NCBI GenBank assembly: GCA_000004985.1
Contig: GG738879.1
DNA length: 64,000 bases
Strand: one strand, 5' to 3'
Source: Naegleria gruberi
Lineage: Eukaryota
Below, in pieces: positions 44,689 to 56,567 of this stretch (positions are counted from its first letter, which is position 1; each line of letters opens with the position of its first letter). Under the pieces are notes generated by a model. The model searched no databases, was not told the origin of the DNA, and saw only the letters and a list, made by a program, of their open reading frames with translations. The position numbers and the translations under genes were made by a program.

Positions 44689-47428
44689 TTATTCTTGGAG
44701 CACAACTTCAAAACTATGAACTGTCTCAGGATATTCAGAAATCATCTTTGTAACGACTGATTGCAGCTTTGATCCTTGATTCTTTTGATTTTCTAACTCT
44801 TCATTTACATCTGTTGGTTTTTTGGCAGTTCCTTTCAGAATATTTTGACACTTTTCAACCAGTTTCTTCAGTCTTTCTCTATCAAAGCCAGTCTTTGTCT
44901 TTTGAGCTGACATTGTTTGCAGCTCCTCCTGTAAAGAATTAATGTCATTTCTAACAGAATCAATCTTTTGTCTTGCTTCCTCAATAGCCATTCCACTTTG
45001 TTCCGCAGCCATTTGAAGGGATTTGATAGCTTGGAACGCATCAGCAGCTTTTTTCTTTTTCCTTGTAATTTCTGATTGGAGGAAAGACAATTCTCTTTGA
45101 ACATTTGCTTTGGTATTTGTAGAGTTCTTGGATTGAACAACCCTTCCTTTCGTAAGAATTAAATCTCTCTTCTCAATTGCCTTTTCCATTTCCAAAATCT
45201 TTCTCTTTTGTTCTCGCTTCAAATCATTTAATCTTTGTTCCATCAAGTGAATTTCCTTCTTCATTCTCGTTATTTCTTCTTGACCAACATTTGGATCAAG
45301 TGCTTCCTGAATTTCCTTTTGGATTTCAATCTTCTTATCCCAGAATAGAATTTGACGTCTTGGACATGTTAGTATGAAATCAAGGTAATACTTACTCTAC
45401 ATCAACAAGCTCGTTAATAATTGTTTTCTTTTGAGATTTGGTTTCTTCTATGAGATCTTCCAATCTGAAAGCCTCTCTTTCACTTTCTTTCAATCTATCA
45501 AGAATCTTGTTTTCCAAATCATAATTGACATCAGCCAAACTATTTTGGGTTAGGTAGTTGGTTGAAATTTTCTTATTAAGTTTTTCGAGGACTTTGTGCA
45601 TTTTTTGCATTTCGCCATTAAGGGACTTGATTTGGTTTCTTTCTCTAGTTGCTGATCCATCACTTCTACCCTTTCTTTGGGATAAAATTGTTTGTTTGCT
45701 CTTGATAGATTTAATCTCATCAGAGAGTTCTTCGGATCTATTCATGAGCTTTACCAATTCGCTTTGGTATCTTGTCCAATCTTTTTTAAGTTGTTCACTT
45801 TCTTTCTCTTTAGCCTCAATAGCTTTAGAGATATTCTTGATTGTTGCTTCTAATGGCCCTTGGTTCTCATCTTTTTGATTTCCTAAGAGTTTTTCCATAA
45901 GTCTATTCAATTTATCCAAATCGCCTTGTTTCTTTTCAATATCGTCATTCTTTCTTCTAATCTCGAGCTCATACTTTTCAATCAAACTATCCTTTTGTTT
46001 TAGGTCCGATTCAAGGTCCTTAAGAACTTGCTCAAGTTGAATATTATGATCTTGAGTTTGAAGTCTGTCAATTGTGATTCTTGCTAGCTCATTTTCCGCT
46101 TGTGAAAGCTCAACTTCCTTATCAACAACAGCATTCTTCTTCTTTTCAATGTCCTTAAGGGTGTTTTGACAATCCTTCTTGATGGTAGTGTTTTCACTAA
46201 ATAAATCAAGGATTTCTTCTTCCAAAAGCCTAATATCATTACTTGCTTTAGCCATCTTCTTTTCAACTACGTCAATATCCTTTCTGATAGTCTTAATATT
46301 CGCTTCCTCTTTAGCAATTTCTTGATCTGTCTTATCCAGAGTATTTCTAAGTTGCATATATTGTTGTTGCTTATTTTCCAAAGTTGCATTACTGTCGAGT
46401 ATTTGTTTTTCCAAATATGTTTGCTCATTTTCATTCTTGATTAAAATTGAGGTAAGTTGTTCGTGCTTTTCTTTTTGTTCGTTAATTGACTTTTTGTAGC
46501 CTTCAATTTCATTTTGAATCTCAATAACTTGCTCCTTTTGTTTGCGTAACCCTTCTTCAGTAGCTTTAAGAGCCTCATCTCTTCTTTGCATACCAATCAC
46601 ACTTGTTTTCCATTGTTGGATAAGTCTCTTTTTCTCAAACTCAAGAGCTTCCATTTCAGTTGTTGCTTCAGCGAGAGTTTCACTAGCAACTTTATACTCC
46701 TCTTTTTGAGCCTTGTGCAATTCCTCATATTCTTCAAATTGGTCTTTGAGCTTTCTAACTCTATCCATCATTTGATCTATTCTAAAATCTTGTTGCTTTT
46801 TTTGCTTTTCAACTTCTTCCATTTCCTTTTCAATTTTATGAGTTTTTCTCTTCTTGATAGCAATATCTCTCTTTGTTTTTTCATTTGCTGTAACTAACAT
46901 TCTGAGAGTTTGTTGAGATTTTTCCAACTCATCTTGATATTTATACACTTTAAAACAATGTAAATAGAATATTTCTATTAGAAACCTACATTTTTTTCTC
47001 TTCTCATCAACATCGGATCTCTTAGCCTTAGCCATTTGAAGTTGATCATTTCTCTTTCTTTCCATTTCTTCTCTGATTTGAGTCATCATAATTAAATTAT
47101 CGTGACCTTTATCAACATTCTCTTGAAGTTTTACAAGTTTTTGTTGTGTATTATAGAGATTGACACCCAAAGCTTCCCTTTCTTCCCCAATTTTTCTTTG
47201 TCTTTCATCCTTTTCAAAAGATTAGAGTTATCGGAAATGATGAAAACTTACAATTTCCTTATGTTGGAGAGTGAGTTCCTCTAATTGTCTTTGATATTGC
47301 TCTGAGATTCTGGCTTGGAGTGTAGCCAAAATTGGCTATTAAGAAAAAAGTATTAATCAATAAATCGTCATCATAAAACCTACACTATTTGGGTCTACTC
47401 CTCCAAAGTCTGCAATATTTGGATCCAT
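44689..47428 (-). CDS. CCDC39-like axonemal coiled-coil protein; >=5 exons complement(44689..45358, 45397..46947, 46990..47209, 47252..47335, 47384..47428)
   Basis: LIQQWKTSVIGMQRRDEAL block resembles human CCDC39 (LIKQWENTIEQMQKRDGDI); whole-length coiled coil. Introns 48, 42, 42 and 37 nt; the last has GTAAGT...TACTAAC...AG. The 42-nt intron at about 46948..46989 is in frame and is read through by the track ORF as an odd hydrophobic insert (CRFLIEIFYLHCFKV). Confidence 0.65.
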
Positions 47429-47630
47429 TTTTTTTAGAACTTTAAATCGTAGAATGACAATAATTTGGCGGTTTTTATTGTTGATTAATTTGATGGAAAA
47501 TGGCGCCAAATTTTCACTTCATAAATCAGCATAGTGTTTTGTTCCATTATCACATCTCATCAAATAAATTATGTTATTATTCGTAATTGAATATAATAAT
47601 ATTATAATAATTTGTAAACATATAAGAAAA

Positions 47631-47960
47631 TTATCCTTCCTTCCATTGATGACCACATTTACAACACTTGAAGAATTGAGTCATAGGTTCATCAGCAGAT
47701 CTAGTTTGGAACATTTGGAAATAAGCCTTGTTATGGTCACATTTTCCACATTTTGTTTCCACTGTTTCGGACCAGTTGGCTTCGTCATCAATAACATCAT
47801 CAACTTCCTTCTTTTCCAAATTCATATCAAAATACATTTCACTCTTAATATTACAAATATATGGGCAAGTTTTGCAGACCCATCTATAGACTGAATCTGT
47901 TGAACGACCTGCTGCTTTTTCGATTAGCAGGATGTTTCCGCATTGTGGACAAAAGAACAT
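47631..47960 (-). CDS. POLR3K: DNA-directed RNA polymerase III subunit C11 (RPC10/POLR3K)
   Basis: MFFCPQCGNIL N-terminal zinc ribbon and C-terminal TFIIS-type ribbon QTRSADEPMTQFFKCCKCGHQW, very close to human POLR3K; true ATG is the internal Met of the track ORF. Confidence 0.85.
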   Translation of the reverse strand: MFFCPQCGNILLIEKAAGRSTDSVYRWVCKTCPYICNIKSEMYFDMNLEKKEVDDVIDDEANWSETVETKCGKCDHNKAYFQMFQTRSADEPMTQFFKCCKCGHQWKEG

Positions 47961-48068
47961 TTTTTTCAAAAACAAATTTGCATTTAAAAATTCAAATTCA
48001 AGCAAACAACCATCAAATAATAATAAATAACAACAATTAATGAATTATAATTTTGTACAATGTTTTAT

Positions 48069-48357
48069 TTAGATACATCTGATCAAACCACCAAAACCCA
48101 AGAAACAAGCAAAAGCACCTCCTCCTTGTAACACAGCTTTAATTCCGGTTGTTTTCAAAAATTGTTTTCTGTTTCCTCTCATGGATGGCATTAAAGAATA
48201 GCCTAAAATTGTCTATTAATTCATTTTGTCTGTATGAATAAAATTATATACACTAATAACCTACCAATCCAGCCATACCACCTCCGACAAGAAATCCTGT
48301 CAGAGCTCCCATACCAACAGATGTTGGACAATCATTAAAGTTCTTCTTTTTGGCCAT
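48069..48357 (-). CDS. ROMO1/Mgr2-family small mitochondrial membrane protein; 2 exons, absent from ORF track
   Basis: Minus strand MAKKKNFNDCPTSVGMGALTGFLVGGGMAGL... then after a ~55-60-nt intron ...GYSLMPSMRGNRKQFLKTTGIKAVLQGGGAFACFLGFGGLIRCI*. Gly-zipper helices and the terminal GLIRC match ROMO1. Exact donor is ambiguous (GTAGGT phase 0 with acceptor ...AATAG, or GTTATT phase 1 with acceptor ...TTTTAG). Confidence 0.55.
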
Positions 48358-48448
48358 TTATTATTAAATTTTTTTATTACTTGGTTTTTTCAAAAATTGA
48401 TTGGATTTCTCCCCAATTTTGGATTTAATCAAAATGTCTTTATTCGTC

Positions 48449-50449
48449 TTAATTTAAAAATGATTTTAATGAAAATCCTTCATTTTCACAACCTTCCTTA
48501 ATATTTAATAAATTGGTACATAAATCTGCAGAAGAAGGTCTTTGTTCATGGTCAACTGAAAGAGTTTGCATTACTAAATCTACAAGTGGAGCTGGGTAAA
48601 ATCCTTTTTGAGAAAGTTTTTCTTTCACTGTTTGAAGTCCACTTGCTCCTTTAGTAAGTAATTGAGCACAAATATTAGTATCCATTTCCTTTGTCATTAA
48701 TTGATATAATACAACACTATATTTCAAAAATTAAAATAATTAAATTATTAACTAAACATACCCTAAACTCCAAATATCAGCCTTCAATCCATACGGTTCA
48801 TTACTAAACACTTCACTATTATTTCAAATAACTAAGAAAATCATATCAGAAAGAAACTTACGGACTCTACAAAATGTTAATGTGAAAAACATTATTAGAA
48901 ACTTACCATAAAAAGAAGTGTTCCAGCCTTTGTTTGATTTTGGGTGTTATCAATTTGTTTCGACAAACCAAAATCTCCCAAAACAATATTTATCACGGTT
49001 GCATCCAAATTCTTGACAAAAATATTTTGTGGTTTGATATCTCTATAAAATAGGTTTAGAAATTAATAATTTCTATATTTACCTGTGAATTAATCTTCTC
49101 TCGTGTAAATAGCTCAATGCCTTTGCCATTTGATAAAATACAGCAAAGACTATTTGTTTTGGTACCATTGCTGTACCAATTGTTTTTCTATTTAAAAATT
49201 TAAATTCCAAAGTTAATAATCTTATAAAACAAACCTTATATATGTATCCTATAATATACATGTTTAGAAATATTCTGAAATTTTAGAGTTTAAACTTACT
49301 AAATCACCATGTGAATAATATTCCATACAGAAACAAAGTCCTTTGGTAGGTTCATATTTGAAAATTTCATAAGTTTTTAAAACATAAGGATTATCCAATG
49401 ACAACATGGCTGTTGCTTCTCTATTTGCATTTTCCATTTCCATTTCATCATCGAATGTTACAACTTTAACTGCTCTAATATCGTCACCAATTCCACTTTG
49501 AGTAATTCTAACTTTATAAACAACACCAAATCCACCTTTACCAATTCTTTCCAAAATTTCATATTTTCCATTTAACATATTTGCACTATCCGTAGGTGTT
49601 TGAGCAGTTAGCTTATTATCTTTAACGTGATTTAAAATTAGTGTTTTAATATCAGGATTTTTTGTCCATTTATCAGGTGTACTTCCAAATGTATCTGTTA
49701 TTGATTTGTTTGCTCCATGATCCAATAGACATTTTACAACCTCTTTAGAACATAAGTGAGCTGCCTAAATTTTGAAATTAATTATTTGAGAAAATTAACA
49801 AACATACCAAATGAAGTGGTGTTTGTTTTAACTCATCTTTTGTTGTAACATTCAATTGAATATCGTTAGCTTCCAATAATAATTTTACCATATCATAACA
49901 ATTTTTCTTACAAGCAGCATGAAGAGCTGTCCATCCATTCTACTCAATGTAAATATAAATTGAAATGTGAATATATGAAACAAACATTTTGATCTTGAAT
50001 ATTAACATGGGCTCCATGTCTGATTAATAATCTTGCTGCTTCCACTTGATTACTACTCGCTGCTTCATAAAGTGGTGTCTAAATAATTGATGATCATCCT
50101 CATTAATCAAATTATAAAACCTACATGCTGTTATTTTCCACAATTTAATATTATTTCATTAATAAGAATATAAATCAAACTTACTCCTTTCTAAAACAAA
50201 ATATAAATTTGAACAAATAATAATAAATACATACTGGTCCATATTCATTGATTAAATTAAGTGCCTCTTTTGCTTTCAACGTTTCCGTAAGTGTTTCTAT
50301 TCAAGTCGGAACAATATGAACATCATATCCAATCAATCATAATTGATTCAACATCATTTTCCATCAAATAACTTACCAATGTCACCTTCTCTTGACGCTT
50401 TACTCAGTGTTTTTTTAATTTCACGTTCCACAGAATTTGATACTCCCAT
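48449..50449 (-). CDS. Ankyrin-repeat-containing Ser/Thr protein kinase, >=8 short exons
   Basis: N-terminal ankyrin repeats (TPLYEAASSNQVEAARLLIRHGAHVNIQDQNGWTALHAACK..., ...TPLHLAAHLCSKEVVKCLLDHGANK). Kinase subdomains I-XI are spread over track ORFs 49264.., 49079.. and 48449.. and intervening pieces (GKGGFGVVYKV, LIHRDIKPQNIF, DFGLSK, ...DHEQRPSSADL) separated by 40-90-nt introns. Exon boundaries not individually resolved. Confidence 0.6.
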
Positions 50450-51222
50450 TACTTTGTGCAATCCAAACAAATAATTCGTTACTGAGTTCGATATTTTTTT
50501 AAAAAGGTGACTTTCATTGAAAAGGTGGTATGAAGGGATAACGCGTTATTGGAAGCTCAAAATTGAATAGTAATATTCCATGATCAACTCAACTCAAATG
50601 GTCACATTCAATATTTTCATTTCTCCCCACATTATTGGTTAATAATTAGTTGTATTGAATGAATATTGGTGAAAAAGTTCATAAGGAATGCAATAAAGAA
50701 ACTCAAATCCAATAAAGCTCTGATTGATCTCATAATTAGATTCTCCATTCTGCAGAATCTACTGATATGTTCTTCATTACCAAATATCTATCTTAAAATT
50801 CAATAATAATCAAATAGCAAACAAGGTAGTTGTTTGTCCAAATTCAATTCTGAATTGTGATTCATTCACAACGCATCAAAAAAGATCCAATCATATGAAA
50901 ACCAGCATGTTTGTATGATGAAATTCCTCATTCGTAAAAAGCATCTTCTTGTGCGTGTCAGTAAACAAGCAAATTCAATGGAGTAAACGGCGCTTGAGAA
51001 TAACTTCGGGGCACTTGTGGGACTATAAAACTCGACACCCAGAAATACAATGCACTCATATTTAGATAAACAAAAAGAAACAAAATCAATTCAGCTAACA
51101 ACTGGTGTTTTATTATCCAACTCACACATTTGTTACTGCTGCTTATCTAGCTTGCGTACCGCCCCACTAAAATAGATTACAACAAATCTTTGAAAAACAA
51201 TCGACAACAAGGCTTTTGAGAG
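50450..51222. promoter_or_regulatory. 770-nt divergent intergenic region containing a short GC-richer island (about 50930..51010)
   Basis: No ORF; the segment ggagtaaacggcgcttgagaataacttcggggcacttgtgggac stands out from the surrounding A+T-rich sequence. Confidence 0.25.
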
Positions 51223-52310
51223 ATGACAGTCACAATCCTTAAGGTTAAATTTGTCTCTGAAGAAACATTATTTGAATATGGATCACTTCCAATTGAGTTT
51301 GATATTTGTTGTTCCTCACCTAAATCTTCATCATCATCTTCAAATTCCAAATCAAAGACAAACTCAAAGAGAAAACAACAAGTCAAATGGTCTGAAGAAG
51401 ATGATAGAATTTTGAGAATGTATGCAGAGAAGGAATATTCATGGAAGGTAGGTATCAATTTATAATACTCAATATCTCATCATCATCACAATAATGTTAT
51501 TAATTTAAAATTCAAATAATGATTAGGAAATTGCAACCAACTTTTTAAATGATAAATTTACTCCACAACAACTTCATCAAAGATGGAAGAGAGTTTTAAA
51601 TGATAGTATTAATAGAGAGCCATGGTCTGAAGAAGAAGACAAGGCCATTATTGAATATGTTAAGAAGGTATGGTATCACTTTTTCATCTCTTAACTTAAA
51701 TTAAAAACTAATATAGTATGGTTGTACTTGGTCAAAATTGAGAACTCTGCTTGGAACTCAAAGAACTGACACAATGGTCAGACAACGTTGGTTAAAGATT
51801 ACAAATGGTCAAGGTCTAGTTGGTGTTGCATCAAAGCATAATCAACCAACTTCATTGGCATCACTCTCTAACTCTTCTACTAATAGTGAATCTAGTCCTA
51901 ATACTATTTCTCAACCACCTAATAATATTCAATCCATTGTAAATAGCTTCAATGAAGAAAATGATGTCTTCGATTTTATTAAGAAACATCAACTTATTAC
52001 TCCACCTCAACAAGTTCAACAACCAGTTATTGAAAAGCAACCAATTAAGAAACCTGTTCAACCAATATCACTTGATAGTTTAACATGTGATGAAGAATTA
52101 TTTGATCAGAGATCAGCTCCAACTGAACCAAAGTCAACTTGTCCACCATCCATTAAGGATATTGATCCAGCCATAACTATTGACTCAACAGTTTCTTCTT
52201 CTTTAGGGACTTTATTAGATAATAATTATGATTTGATGGATTTCCATTCATCACTTCAAACCAATTTGGAAAGAGAATGGTTGAACCAAATCTTTTCACA
52301 AGATTTCTAA
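51223..52310 (+). CDS. Myb/SANT DNA-binding protein (two Myb repeats); 3 exons (51223..51447, 51527..51667, 51717..52310)
   Basis: WSEEDDRILRMY...W...LHQRWKRVLN and WSEEEDKAIIEYVKKYGCTWSKLRTLLGTQRTDTMVRQRWLKI repeats. Introns 79 nt (GTAGGT) and 49 nt (GTATGG) restore the frame into track ORF 51738... Confidence 0.7.
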
Positions 52311-52535
52311 CTGTATTATAACTCAACTCTTATATAATAAAAACATTTTTGTAAAAAGAAGACTTGTTCAACTTGTAATAATACAACCCCAGATAATGAA
52401 ATCACTCGATATATGGTTTCAATCATGACTGAAAACAAGCGAATTGGTTTGATTTCCCTTTTGAAATTTCATGAAATGAAAAAATGGCGCCAAACAACGT
52501 ACAGTAATGAATAATCAAACACAAGTTTAAAAAAA

Positions 52536-53837
52536 ATGAGACGAGTTAATAACCCTAATCAAAGTCCCGAAAACAAGAAGTCGAAAAACTTCCAGGAAAA
52601 GGTAATTATTCTTAGCTATTGTACAACTTGATAATCCTGTTAGTTTAAGGATAAAATTAGTGTAACAAATAAGGATGGAACAAGAACCAAACTTTCAAAT
52701 GGAGAAGTGGAAAACAAATTTAAACCAACAATAATTCAAAAAACCTCTCCATCTAAACCACCAAATCCTTTTAATTCTCAACAAAAATCACAAGAGGTTC
52801 CCACACCTTTCAAGCCACTTTACAAAATTCCAAACTCTCCAATACAAATAGCATCAAATAAGGATAATTCAAAGGAAACAAATATTTTAATAGTGAACCA
52901 TACAAACCATGATCGACATGTTGTTGGTGATTCTGTTCCATCAACAGCTTGCGTATCGGAAATATCTGTTTCACCAGAAACAAATAATCATCAACCTGTA
53001 GTACATCATATCGTCTCTACTACATCATCGAGATTTTCTTCAAGAGAAAGTTCAGCCTCTTCAAGAAATAGAAAGAAACCAGTTATTACAGCTCAGCAAT
53101 TTAAGAATATGGTGGAAGAAAAAAAGAAGGACAATGATATGTTAATTCCAAAAATTGAATCTCCACCTTCTCCTCAACAACCAAAAGTAATTACTCCTCC
53201 AGAGAAGAAAATTAATGTTAGATTAATTCATGAATATGAAAATCAAGAGAATGAATCATTTATTTCCTCAATTGATCATGTCAGCCCTATCAATAAGCAG
53301 AAAAATGTTGGAGCATATTCTGATATTTATGGAATGCCAAAAAAGAAGAATGAAGCTGACTATGATGTGGAATCTGTTCAAAAAGATCCAGGATACGCCA
53401 AATCTAAAAAGGAAATCACTTACAAACCATATTCAATGAATGATTACAACAAAATCAAATCTCAAGGTAATATTAAATTAGGGGGTTTGGGAGCTGATTT
53501 ACAAAATGAACAATTGTTGGAAAAGAAGGAAAAAGCGTCCAAGATGAAAGAGTACGCAAAAGAAATATCTCAACTCAATAATAATAAGATTAAGAAACAA
53601 AAGACACCAACGACAAGCCAACCAACCCCTCAAGAAATTGAAGCTGCCAAACTGGCAAGTGTAAGAGAGAAAGCGCTCGAATTTGCATCAAAAATACCAA
53701 AGCCAAAACCTAAAAAGAAGTACTCTGGCTCAGCAACAGCCGATGCCGAACCAGAACCATTATCTGAGTTGGAAATGTTGGAATTACAACATGAAAGAGA
53801 CAGAGAATGGTTGAAAAAAGAGTTTGCTACTCGGTAA
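52536..53837 (+). CDS. Hypothetical Lys/Pro-rich protein; 5' end uncertain (ATG at 52536 plus a 47-nt GTAATT...TTTAAG intron, or an internal ATG near 52674)
   Basis: 376-aa track ORF begins at a GTG; upstream AAAAAAATG at 52536 followed by a plausible short intron. I could not fix the frame to the nucleotide here. Confidence 0.4.
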
Positions 53838-54093
53838 TAATAAAAAAGCAATACCAAAACTATTTACTGGAATAGAGCAGTACCAACTAAAATAGAGAAG
53901 TTGGGAAAGAAAGGAATTTTAGTTTTGTGTTTTTTAAAATGTATCTCTTATTATACACAACGAATACGCATTAGTAAATGCAGATATTGGTTGTTTATAA
54001 TAAGTAATATCATTTTAAACGACACAAAACTAAAATTCCTTGCTTTCACCATATTTGATTGAAAGTAATTTCTCTCATTTGCTGGTACTGTTT

Positions 54094-55893
54094 CTATTTT
54101 TTTGACAAAGGATTGTAAAGGTAAGGAGGTATAGCTTTTTTGAGAGCCCCTATTTGGTCTAGTGAAATGCATGATTTTGTACAAGCATTTTTTTTTGCTT
54201 CCTTTTTTGTTTTTCCATCTCCAATTTGATTAGTAAGTTTTAAAGCAGACAGATCAATTTCACAACGAAAACTTGTAATATGTGATGGACCGTAGCATGT
54301 TTCAATATATGTAGGTTTCATATTTTGTCCAAATGTTTGACTCCAAAAATATTCCAATATTTGAACGGACCTACTTTCGTCAAACTCAGGCTCATCAGAA
54401 ATTGTAGGATTAATAGGAATAAACTGGTTTGTTTGAGGTTGCTGAACCAAATTCTTAGCTAGAAATGATGCATAGGATTTAATATGTTTTCTTCCCTTAA
54501 TATGATCTTGAAGAGCATCCACGCTATTACAAAACATATCACAAGCAGTACAAATATAACCATCCTGTTTTCCAATCCTTTGTATAGTAACAACTCCCTC
54601 TGAAATTAATTGTTGAATTGATGGTTGTTCAACATTGTCAACAAAAGGAGGAGAAGTACCTTTAGAATAATTCTCACTAGGTACTGATGATGATGGATGT
54701 GAGGGTGGTGGTGATGTATATGTGGAATATGAAGATATTGTTGGTGGTGGTGATGTATATTGAGCATTAATTTGTTCTCTATTAACATTTTTCAAATGCT
54801 GTTTTCCATTGAAATGAGTTAATAAAACATCAGGTCCATTACAATCCACATTACACAAAGTGCAAGAGTAAATTTCCAATGTTCCAACAACAGTCTTAGA
54901 ATAATATTTAGCATGAATTCTAAATGCTTCAGGAATAGTAGGTGGTTGAGCCTTAGGGGGATAATTATTTTGAATTCCAGGAATTTGTGGATTGGAAAAA
55001 GGTGGAGTGTGTTCTCTCTGTAGTTCTTCAGGGCTAGTACTGCTCTGAATTGGATTTTGAATTGGATTAGAAGAGCTATACGGTGTAAAAGCTGATTCTT
55101 GATAGAATGTTTTCTGCTTTTTTTGATGTTTAGATCCTCTTACGTGTTCATCATATTTCTCTTTACTATTGCAACTAATAGAACAAAGGCTACAATACCA
55201 ATTATTCAAATGTTGAGAGACTGATGGATTATTACTCAAATTTAAACCATTAAAATTACTGATAAGATCATCCTCTTGACTACTATAAGAATTTGTAGAA
55301 TTTGTAGAATGTGTAGAATGAGTAGAATGTGTAGAGTTTGAATAATTTGTTCGACTATCATTAGGATAATATTGATGGGATTGATGATGATGATAAGGTT
55401 CTTGAATCCTTGTATTTCCACCCATCAAATAGTTCCTACTATCAGTATATACAGGCTTTGTTTCTGGATGATAATTCTGTGTTGGATAAAAAGGTGTATA
55501 ATGAATATTACTACTAGTTGGAATATTTGAATATCCTAATTGAGTATTACTATTTGTATATTGATGAGGATTTGTATTGTTGTTATTGCTTGCAGTCGGA
55601 AATGGTTTTGAAATTATTTGATCGTTTAGAGGAAGGTTTGTTGGATGTTTTTGAATATTTAAATGCTTAATAGGTTCAGAATTCTTAATATTTAAAGATG
55701 ATATGGGTATGTTATTACTATGTTGAATAAAAGATAATGATGCATTCGTTGTTGTTGGTGGAGGCTGTATAGTTTGACTTGTTGGTTTCTGTTTAGCCTC
55801 AGTTTTCCTGATATGTTCAGAACTTTTGAGATGTTCTCTATATTCTGAAGAGGAGTTTGTTGAGTAATTGCATGTATTACATGTGAATGGCAT
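54094..55893 (-). CDS. dsRNA-binding zinc-finger protein: four U1/matrin (JAZ)-type C2H2 fingers, Q/N/H/S/T low-complexity core and C-terminal dsRBM
   Basis: Fingers CNTCNY...EHLKSSEH, YCSLCSISCNSKEKYDEHVRGSKHQKK, YSCTLCNVDCNGPDVLLTHFNGKQH, YICTACDMFCNSVDALQDHIKGRKH. C-terminal ...LEYFWSQ...PTYIETCYGPSHITSFRCEIDL...GDGKTKKEAKKNACTKS fits the dsRBM consensus. Confidence 0.65.
   Translation of the reverse strand: MPFTCNTCNYSTNSSSEYREHLKSSEHIRKTEAKQKPTSQTIQPPPTTTNASLSFIQHSNNIPISSLNIKNSEPIKHLNIQKHPTNLPLNDQIISKPFPTASNNNNTNPHQYTNSNTQLGYSNIPTSSNIHYTPFYPTQNYHPETKPVYTDSRNYLMGGNTRIQEPYHHHQSHQYYPNDSRTNYSNSTHSTHSTHSTNSTNSYSSQEDDLISNFNGLNLSNNPSVSQHLNNWYCSLCSISCNSKEKYDEHVRGSKHQKKQKTFYQESAFTPYSSSNPIQNPIQSSTSPEELQREHTPPFSNPQIPGIQNNYPPKAQPPTIPEAFRIHAKYYSKTVVGTLEIYSCTLCNVDCNGPDVLLTHFNGKQHLKNVNREQINAQYTSPPPTISSYSTYTSPPPSHPSSSVPSENYSKGTSPPFVDNVEQPSIQQLISEGVVTIQRIGKQDGYICTACDMFCNSVDALQDHIKGRKHIKSYASFLAKNLVQQPQTNQFIPINPTISDEPEFDESRSVQILEYFWSQTFGQNMKPTYIETCYGPSHITSFRCEIDLSALKLTNQIGDGKTKKEAKKNACTKSCISLDQIGALKKAIPPYLYNPLSKK
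55290..55345. repeat. Imperfect 9-bp tandem repeat (gtagaatgt)n inside the zinc-finger gene, encoding (S/T-H)n
   Basis: gtagaatttgtagaatgtgtagaatgagtagaatgtgtagagtttg; minus strand reads STHSTHSTHSTNSTNS. Confidence 0.5.
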
Positions 55894-56567
55894 TTTGTTG
55901 AAACTTTAATAACTTGGGAATTCTCAAATTACTTGTTTTAATGTTTTTTAATCTATTAATAATCAGACACTAGTGCAACCAGAGCTTTACTTGGATCGGA
56001 TTGATTTCGGATGCTACACTGTTGTAAGATATTAATATTTGGTTGTTCCAATGTATTGTTGGAAATGCGGAAAGAAGAGGGTCACTCTTCAACTGCAATA
56101 ATACTTATTTTTTTTAAAGGTGTTTTTAGAGATTGAAAGATTAAATATATTATACTAATAACAAGTATATTATTGAACAATTAAATAATTTTATATTTAT
56201 TATGATGATTAAAATTATATGTTCCAATATTGTTATTGTCGTTCATTGAAGGTGTAGTCAAATATAATTATTTGATTTTTAAATCATGATGAATGTTTTG
56301 TGAGTTGTCCCATTGGAAGCTCTTTGGTCAAACAAAGCCATTGAGTACTTGTTGGTTAGGTTAAAAGCCAAGTATCAATAATATCCGAGAAGTACGTATC
56401 TGCTACATTATTTTTTGCAAGGTAATTGTTGGGTAAAAATTTTGATTGTAAAATAACAGGCAACCACACATTTTAAAGTTTTGTTGAAAAAAAAATACAC
56501 TAAATGTAAGTCTAGTCATCCTCATCTTTGCTTACGCTTCAAATCTTATTACTTTTCGTACAGCAAA

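Noticed and set aside
54606-54788. His-rich 60-aa ORF
   Set aside because: Alternative frame of the low-complexity region of the zinc-finger/dsRBD gene.
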